Shown here piece by piece: positions 56,472 to 64,000 of a stretch of DNA of 64,000 bases (positions are counted from its first letter, which is position 1; each line of letters begins with the position of its first letter). Both the position numbers and the translations under genes were made by a program. Source of the stretch: Macrostomum lignano (lineage: Eukaryota); the NCBI GenBank assembly GCA_002269645.1, contig NIVC01000586.1:1-64000 (forward strand), in the 5' to 3' direction. The notes below the pieces were generated by a model. The model was not told the origin of the DNA. It did not search any database and saw only the letters and a program-made list of their open reading frames with translations.

Positions 56472-59400
56472 TCACTCGGCCAAAGCAGCCTCCGCGCGAG
56501 TTGTGGCTCCCAGCTCCCCGCCACTGCCACTGCTGACCCGGTCGCTGACCTCCTCATCTTCTTCGCTGACTGCCGCTGCAGGGGCGGTTGGGAGGGCAAA
56601 AAAATTAGTTCACGATGTACTTTGAAATAAGAGTGAGTTCATGAGTGAGTTCATGAGTGAGGGTTTATGAGCGAGTTCATGAGCGAGTTCATGAGTGAGG
56701 GTTTATGAGCGAGTTCATGAGTGAGGGTTTATGAGTGAGTTCATGAGTGAGGTCATTAGCAGCTTACCTGGCGAGTCCCGCTCATAGTCCTCCTCAAACT
56801 CCTGGGTGTAGGACTGCAAGTCGCCTTCCTGGTACTGTTTGGCATTCTCGTCCACCTCCTTGGGGTCCAGGCCCGCCTCCTCCAGGGTCTTGCGGTACTT
56901 GGCCTGGGCTCGCTGTTGCGCAATCAGCTGCGGGAAAATATTGCAGAGGAAATTCCAGCAATCAAACGACAGCCTGACTCACGGATGATGCAAGGGTTCA
57001 GGAACGGAGCTCACCTTCGCTTGCTGCACAACCAGCAGATCACGTTGCTTCATTTTCTCCTTAATCTCCTGCAGCCTCTGCTTGTAGGCCTCTTCCTGCT
57101 CCCTGTTTGGGATTGAATAGTGAGATTTGGGATCTGAGATTGGGGATCTGATATTGAGGATCTGAGATTGGGGATCTGAGATTGGGGATCTGAGATTGGG
57201 GATCTGATATTGAGGATCTGAGATTGGGGATCTGAGATTGGGGATCTGAGATTGAAGATCTTAGATTGGGGATCTGATATTGAGGATCTGAGATTGAGGA
57301 TCTGATATTGGGGATCTGAGATTGGGGATCTGAGATTGGGGATCTGAGATTGAGGATCTGAGGTTGAGGATCTGAGATTGGGGATCTGAGATTGGGGATC
57401 TGAGATTGGGGATCTGAGATTGAGGATCTGATATTGGGGATCTGAGATTGGGGATCTGAGATTGAGGATCTGAGGTTGAGGATCTGAGATTGGGGATCTG
57501 AGATTGGGGATCTGAGATTGGGGATCTGAGATTGGGGATCTGAGATTGGGGATCTGAGATTGAAGATCTGAGATTGGGGATCTGATATTGAGGATCTGAG
57601 ATTGAGGATCTGAGATTGGGGATCTGAGATTGGGGATCTGAGATTGGGGATCTGAGATTGGGGATCTGAGATTGGGGATCTGAGATTGGGGATCTGAGAT
57701 TGGGGATCTGAGATTGGGGATCTGAGATTGGGGATCTGAGATTGGGGATCTGAGATTGAGGATCTGAGATTGAGGATCTGAGATTGAGGATCTGAGATTG
57801 GGGATCTGAGATTGGGGATCTGAGATTGGGGATAGAGATTTCGAGAGTATCCGCAGAGCTCACCGCTGAGCTTCCAGCTTCTCCCTCGTTCGCTCCGAGA
57901 TGCTGGGCCCCGAGCCCGCGGCTGCCAGGCTGACGCTCGCCCGCACCGACTCCGCCAGCTCTCGTTGCACCGCCTGGCGCCTTGTAGTCGTTGAGCGCGT
58001 CTGGCGCCGGCGCCGCTCCTCAGCCTGGCGCTCGGCGTCGCGACGGGCCTCGCGCAGCATCGCTGACTGGGTGAGGCGGGCGGGCGGTGCCTCCTCGTAG
58101 CGAACCAGCGTGTGGCGGGAGCGGGTGGCGAAGTCCGCGACTGCGCCGTTGGAACCCGGCTGCGGTGGGGATCAAGTTAGGATCATTAAGGATAGATTAG
58201 GGATTAATGAGGATCAATGAGGATCAATGAGGATCAATGAGTATCAATAGGAATCAATGGGGATCAATGAGGATCAATAGAGATCAATGGGGATCAATGG
58301 AGATCAATGGGGATCAATGGGGATCAATGGGGATCAATGAGTATCAGTCAAAGACATCGGTGAGCCATCAAACCTTAGCGCTTGACTTCATGGGCGCCGG
58401 GATATTCAAAGAGGCCGCGGTGCTGGCAGCCTGCGGCGCGCTGCCTGGCCGTCGCTGCAGCCGCTGCTCCGTCCGCAGTTTGAACGGCTTCGTCCTGGTG
58501 GCCACGCGGCCCCCTGCGGCACTGACGGCGGCAGACGATGACGTCAGCAGCTCCTGGCCGAAGCTCCAGTGCAGCCGCTTGAAGTCCGGCGGGTCAGCGC
58601 CAGCCAGCTGGCTTTTCTTCTTCTGCTTTTTCTGCTGCTTCTGCTTGGAAGAAGTCGCTGCCTTCCCGTCGTCGACCTCGCCGTACTTGGCGGCCAGCCG
58701 GGACTTCCGCAGCTCCTCCATCCGGCGCTGCCTGTCCGCCATCTCGCCTGGCGTGGCGCTGCGGCCCAGCAGCTCCTCGGAGCGCATGCGGATGCGGATC
58801 TGCCGGAGCAGCTCGTCCTCCTCGCGCAGCTGCTGCCGGGCGCGGACGGCCTCTCCGGAGCTGCTGGTGGGCGGCACCGGCCTGGCGCGGAAGTCGGCGG
58901 CCGCGGCCGGGGCGGCGGCAGAGCTGCGCGGGGCTTCCGGTCGGGCTGCTGCAAGGTGGTGGGCGGTCAGTGGGTTCAGAATTCCGAAGGGTAGCTGATA
59001 GGATCCTGAAGGGTAGCTGATTGAATCCTGAAGGGTAGCTGATAGAATCCTGAAGGGCAGCAGACTGAATCCTAAAGGGTAGCTGATTGAATCCTGAAGG
59101 GCAGCAGACTGAATCTTGAAGGGTAGCTGATAGAATCCTGAAGGGTGGCTGATGGAATCCTGAATGGTAGCTGATAGAATCCTGAAGGGTAGCTGTTGGA
59201 ATCCTGAAGGGTAGCTGATGAAATCCTGAAGGGTAGCTGATTGAATTCTGAAGGGCAGACTGAATCCTGAAGGGTAGCTGATGGAATCCTGAAGGGTAGC
59301 TGATAGGATCCTGAAGGGTAGCTGATAGGATCCTGAAGGGTAGCTGATAGGATCCTGAAGGGTAGCTGATAGGATCCTGAAGGGTAGCTGATAGGATCCT

Positions 59401-62400
59401 GAAGGGTAGCTGATAGGATCCTGAAGGGTAGCTGATAGGATCCTGAAGGGTAGCTGATTGAATCCTGAAGGGTAGCTGATAGAATCCTGAAGGGTAGCTG
59501 ACTAACTCCTGAAGGGTAACTGATAGAATCCTGAAGGGTAGCTGATAGAATCCTGAAGGGTAGCTGATTGAATCCTGAAGGGTAGCTGATAGAATCCTGA
59601 AGGGTAGCTGATTGAATCCTGAAGGGTAGCTGATGGAATCCTGAAGGGTAGCTGATGGAATCCTGAAGGGTAGCTGATAGAATCCTGAAGGGTAGCTGCC
59701 TAACTCCTGAAGAGTAGCTGATAGAATCCTGAAGGGTGGCTGACTAACTCCTGAAGAGTAGCTGATAGAATCCTGAAGGGTAGCTGATGGAATCCTGAAG
59801 GATAGCTGTTGGAATCCTGAAGGGTAGCTGATGGAATCCTGAAGGATAGCTGTTGGAATCCTGAAGGGTAGCTGATGGAATCCTGAAGGATAGCTGTTGG
59901 AATCCTGAAGGGTAGCTGATGAAATCCTGAAGGGTAGCTGATTGAATCCTGAAGGGTAGCTGACTAACTCCTGAAGGGCAGCTGATTGAATCCTGAAGGG
60001 CAGCAGACTGAATCCTGAAGGGAATCTGACTGGTTCCAGAAGTCAACCCCCGGCTCACCAGACTCCGAGGCGAAGCTGAATGGCCTCTCAATCTCCTTCA
60101 GCCGCTCCTGACTTCGCTCCCGGATCTCCTTCCGGCGCGTCTGCTGCTGCTCGCTCAGCTCCTCGAACAGCGGCATCCGCACGTGTGCCGGCACTGGGCT
60201 GGCGTGGAAACGGACCCGGCAGGCCGCCTCCTCCTCGTCCCGCTGGCGTCGCCGTTCGGCTTCGAACTGCAGCAGCGAGCGGCTCTTGCGAAGCGAGGCC
60301 GGCCCGGCCGTCGACTCGCGCAGGGTCATGGAGAACGGCTCCGGGATGGTGCGGCCCAGGGTGGATGTGGAGGCTGCGGCAGGGGCCGGCTTCTGTGGCG
60401 GGCGGGGATTACTGGCAATTACTAATAGCGAATAACAGGGATTAATATAAATATACTTTGAGTAAGAAATCTGTGGGGAATTCAGAAATAAACAAAGGGT
60501 AATTCAGAACAAACAAAGGGGAATTCAGAAAGAACCGAAAGGGGAATTCAGAAATAAACGAAGGGGAATTCAGAAAGAAACGAAGGGGAATTTAGAAAAA
60601 ACGAAGGGGAATTCAGAAAGAACCGAAAGAGTAATTCAGAAATAAACGAAGGGGAATTCAGAAAGAAACGAAGGGGAATTCAGAAAAAACCGAAGGGGAA
60701 TTCAGAAAAAACGAAAGGGAATTCAGCCACCAGCGGCCCCACCGTCTTCCTGGCGCCGCCGCTGCCCTCCAGACTGCCGTCCAGCGAGGCGGAGCGCCGC
60801 CGCCGATGCCAGCCGCCAGGCGACTCGCGCGCTCCGGCCACGTCAAAGTCGGACCACATCGCCTTGACGCGGGACCGCAGCAGCTCCTGGTAGCGCCGAC
60901 GAACCGCCGTCTCTCCCTCCGTAGCGTCGAGATCGTCGCGACTTTTCGACTTCTGCGTCGTCGTCGACGGCTGCTGCGGAGGCTTCGCCGCCTCCAACTC
61001 GGCGCGGGACCGCAGCTCGGCGAGGCTGGAGCGGATGAAGGCATCGGAGGCTGGCGTTGAGGAGGTCTTTGTTTCTTGGAATGCGACGGATTTCCTCAGC
61101 TGCTGCTGGGCGGTCTTGGCCGGCTTCGTCTCGCCATCCTCGTCGTCCATGCTGAGCCGGTAGAGACCCTCGCACAGCCGCAGGGTCTGCCTCTGCTCGG
61201 CTCGGAGAGCCGCCAGGCGGGAGGCGTCGAGGCTGCCGGAGTTCGAGGACGTCAGGCTGGCGATCTGAGCCCGACTGGCTGCCAGGCGGGACTCCAGCAG
61301 GCGGGAGGCCTGGGGGAGGGAGGATGCACCAGAAGCCAATGTAACAAATTAAAACAAAAAAACAAGAAAATGTTGTGAGAATTGTGTGCAAAATTTAGTT
61401 TAATTTGCATAAACATTTATGGCCTATCTTAGGACTATATTAAAAGAATTGAGTAATTTATTGTCATTCAAAGTGAAAAATATCAATAAACAAAGCCAAT
61501 TACATAATCAAAGTGTTTTTATCACTGATAATTTAAAAATTTATAAATTAAAGTCAATTGGACGCTGGTCAAGATCTTGTGAAGATTCGAGGCAAGAAAA
61601 ATTTAGTATAATTATTAAATTATTTTTATATTAGAATTGTATTAAAACTTTTGAACTTAAAGACTTAACAACTTTAACACCAGCTGCGATGGATTATATG
61701 GAAAAATTTTATTTTTTGATTTAACTGTCTAATCTATTGTTACAAAGTGAATTGATTCAATTAAAAAATGTTTTTGAAACAAACATAAAATGAACAACAT
61801 ATTTAAAGATTGAGGCTGCTAAAAGTAAAAAATTTTAAAATATTTACAAAATAAAGAAAGCTATTAATTTTTAAAAAAAAATATTTTTTTGGCATAGTAT
61901 GTGCATTTAGATTACTGTAAAAACATCATAATTTACCAGCAAACACTTGCAAAATATTCCTATTAAAGAACAAAATGTTTGCATATCTAAAAAAACATTA
62001 TTCGAATGTTATGAAACCAATGTATAGAATAAGATAAAATCAGTTTAATTTTAGCGAAAATAAGCAAATAATGATTGTTGTTGCAGATGTGGAAGTTCAG
62101 CTGTGCTGTGCTTGGTATAGTTATTATTTTGGGCTAATGTATAAAGATAGAGGATTAATCGTAGAATTTTAACTTTTTCAGCCCACAAATGTGTGTCAAA
62201 TCATACCTTTAAAAGATCTCCATTGGTAAAACTTAAAAGCTCTTCGACAGTTTTTCCAGTGAATGTGGCTTCATCCGTTTTTGCCTGTCTTGAATCGGTT
62301 GCAGTTGCTTCAGTTCCATTCTTTCCAGGCTTTGGCTTTCGATGACAATGCGTTGTTGTTTTTATGGCCGATGGACCTCTTATACACTGCGTGATGACTG

Positions 62401-62422
62401 AAATTGACTTATGATCAGTCAT
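56472..62422 (-). CDS. FAM161A: FAM161A/B family (UPF0564) centriolar/ciliary microtubule-associated protein
   Basis: Eight phase-consistent exons: 62422-62207, 61309-60743, 60392-60059, 58948-58374, 58159-57864, 57102-57015, 56927-56768 and 56575-56472. Family motifs TIPEPFSMTLRE, FHASPVPAHVRMPLFEEL...RPFSF, FRARPVPP...RIRMRSEELL, PDFKRLH...TKPFKLR and QAKYRKTLEEAGL. A versus B orthology is not resolvable by eye. Confidence 0.88.
57125..57835. repeat. 14-bp intronic minisatellite (ggatctgagattgg)
   Basis: Directly visible in FAM161 intron 5. Confidence 0.96.
58190..58345. repeat. 10-bp intronic minisatellite (ggatcaatg(g/a))
   Basis: Directly visible in FAM161 intron 4. Confidence 0.9.
58975..60025. 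repeat. 22-bp intronic minisatellite (gaatcctgaagggtagctgata)
   Basis: Directly visible in FAM161 intron 3. Confidence 0.96.
60478..60726. repeat. ~22-bp intronic minisatellite (aaggggaattcagaaataaacg-like)
   Basis: Directly visible in FAM161 intron 2. Confidence 0.9.
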
Positions 62423-63932
62423 AATTCAGAATTATTATATTAATATCCGCCAGCTGGATAGCCTGGTGCATGGAAGTATACCTATATTACGATAATTTAC
62501 TAAAAAAATGACGGAAAGAATAAACACTGAATTTTTGTTTCCATTGAAGCAGTACAAAGTAAAACAATCTTTACAAAATTTTTAGACAAAAATCCAATCA
62601 GTCTAAATAAAAAAATTGTCAGAATGTTAATTTTTTGTATAATAGTTTTAAAAGCAATAACTCCCCATATTCTCAATGGAACTGGATCAATTTTATCTGC
62701 CCATTGGGAATTTTGACAATAATTATCTCCAGAACCAGGATAATTCTAATTATTTCCAAAACCGAAAAACGGAAGCGTAAAACAATCTAGAAACGCTTTC
62801 TAACGTTAATAACTTCTAAGAAGTAATAATCTTCTGTCATCTCTTTATTAATTATGTAAAGATTTTACGCAATACACCTAAAAAGCTAAAAACAAAATTT
62901 CCGGTTTTAAAAAATTTCTTGAAAAAAGTTACGGGATCGGGCATAGCTTTGGATTTGAAACATGCATGTTTTTCTAGATGCATACATGTAGTTTAGCTCA
63001 TCAGTGACAAATCTATAATTCCATACAGAAGGAGCACTAATGGGCTGTTCAAACTCATCATGCAGTGTAGCAATCAAACAGAATGTTCAGAGTATGTACG
63101 GGCCCGGGCCTGGCTACTCTTCTATGTGTGCCAACTTAGGAAGTTAGGAGTTAATTAGGAAATTAAAATAGTTTGGTAAGGCAGATTTCCGGATGAGGAT
63201 CGAAGGACAACTATGGGGAAATTGATACGCTTTTCAGCTGCTGCTCCTCTGATCTGCTTAGAACTGTATCCAGACTCCGCCCCTCGGGCACCTATGACCG
63301 CTCTGAAGCCAACTCCATCCGGAGGCTGCTACTTTTACTCAATTGCAGGTTGCAACGGTCTCCATCGCAGTCAGCAATCTGCTGCGCAAACTGATTGACT
63401 AGCTACATGTACATACCATGCTGCCTTCCTGCTGCGACAGGTTTCCCGGGGTAAATGCAAATCTAAATGAAAACCGAGATATCATACACGTAAGTCATAA
63501 CTTTCTTACAGACGCCAAATTTCTCACAAAAACCCGCAGCAGGACGGCGGAGCAAAACCAACAAGTACATGTACCTATAAGCTGCAGTCCGCTGTTCTGT
63601 ACTGACCGTACTGTACTGAGATGATTTAAGTAGGCTTTTTGTGGACAGCTAAGCGAGGCTGTAGGCTATCGCCTTGCTTTTTGCAGTGGGTGAAAAGTTG
63701 CGTATTATAACAAATGACATTTAAGTCTTTGTTGGCAAGCTAACAGATCATTTGGGCTGAATTCTATTAGCGTCAAATTAAACCGTCTCAGTATAGCTTA
63801 TTACCTATTTCACACTAGTCCTTGACAACCTCTGGGTATTATTTGCGCAAAAGCACACACGATCCTCACTTCCAGTTCAATCAAAGATCTCAGTTGATGA
63901 CCTTGGAACCCGTCTTCGGTTCTCTTTGCTTC

Positions 63933-64000
63933 CAGGAGGTCAGTTTCTTACCGACCTCCAGCTTCAGCCAGTCAGGAGGTCAGTTTCTTACCGACCTCCA
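63933..64000. repeat. Start of a 40-bp tandem repeat running off the window
   Basis: caggaggtcagtttcttaccgacctccagcttcagccagt begins at 63933 and again at 63973. Confidence 0.75.

Overview
Eukaryotic (animal) genomic DNA with GC-rich exons and minisatellite-filled introns. This pattern is most consistent with a free-living flatworm such as Macrostomum, which is an inference I cannot verify. Four spliced host genes were reconstructed by hand with phase-consistent splice sites: a secreted PAN-like/LamG protein (+, 17377-20672), a secreted TSP1-like/Kringle/WSC/F5-8C-like/PAN mosaic protein (+, 21905-29272), a six-finger Gfi1/Senseless factor (+, 30514-36189) and FAM161A/B (-, 56472-62422). Also present: a disrupted intronless TRAF gene, an intronless ankyrin ORF, a 5'-truncated RNase H-bearing (LOA/Lian-like) LINE inside a (TTAG)n array, two MITE-like elements and about 25 tandem arrays. 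The most notable object is absent from the ORF track: a 9.57-kb segment (6656-16226) bounded by 23-bp inverted repeats, with clustered GGTCCANNTAA motifs and (GTCT)n on both sides. It carries a lesioned spliced gene that reads chromodomain, then a triplicated Q/S-rich exon, then Dbf4-like BRCT/motif-M sequence. Its central intron is filled with about 60 copies of a 67-bp unit containing the terminal motif. Domain calls come from motif recognition by eye, not database searches.
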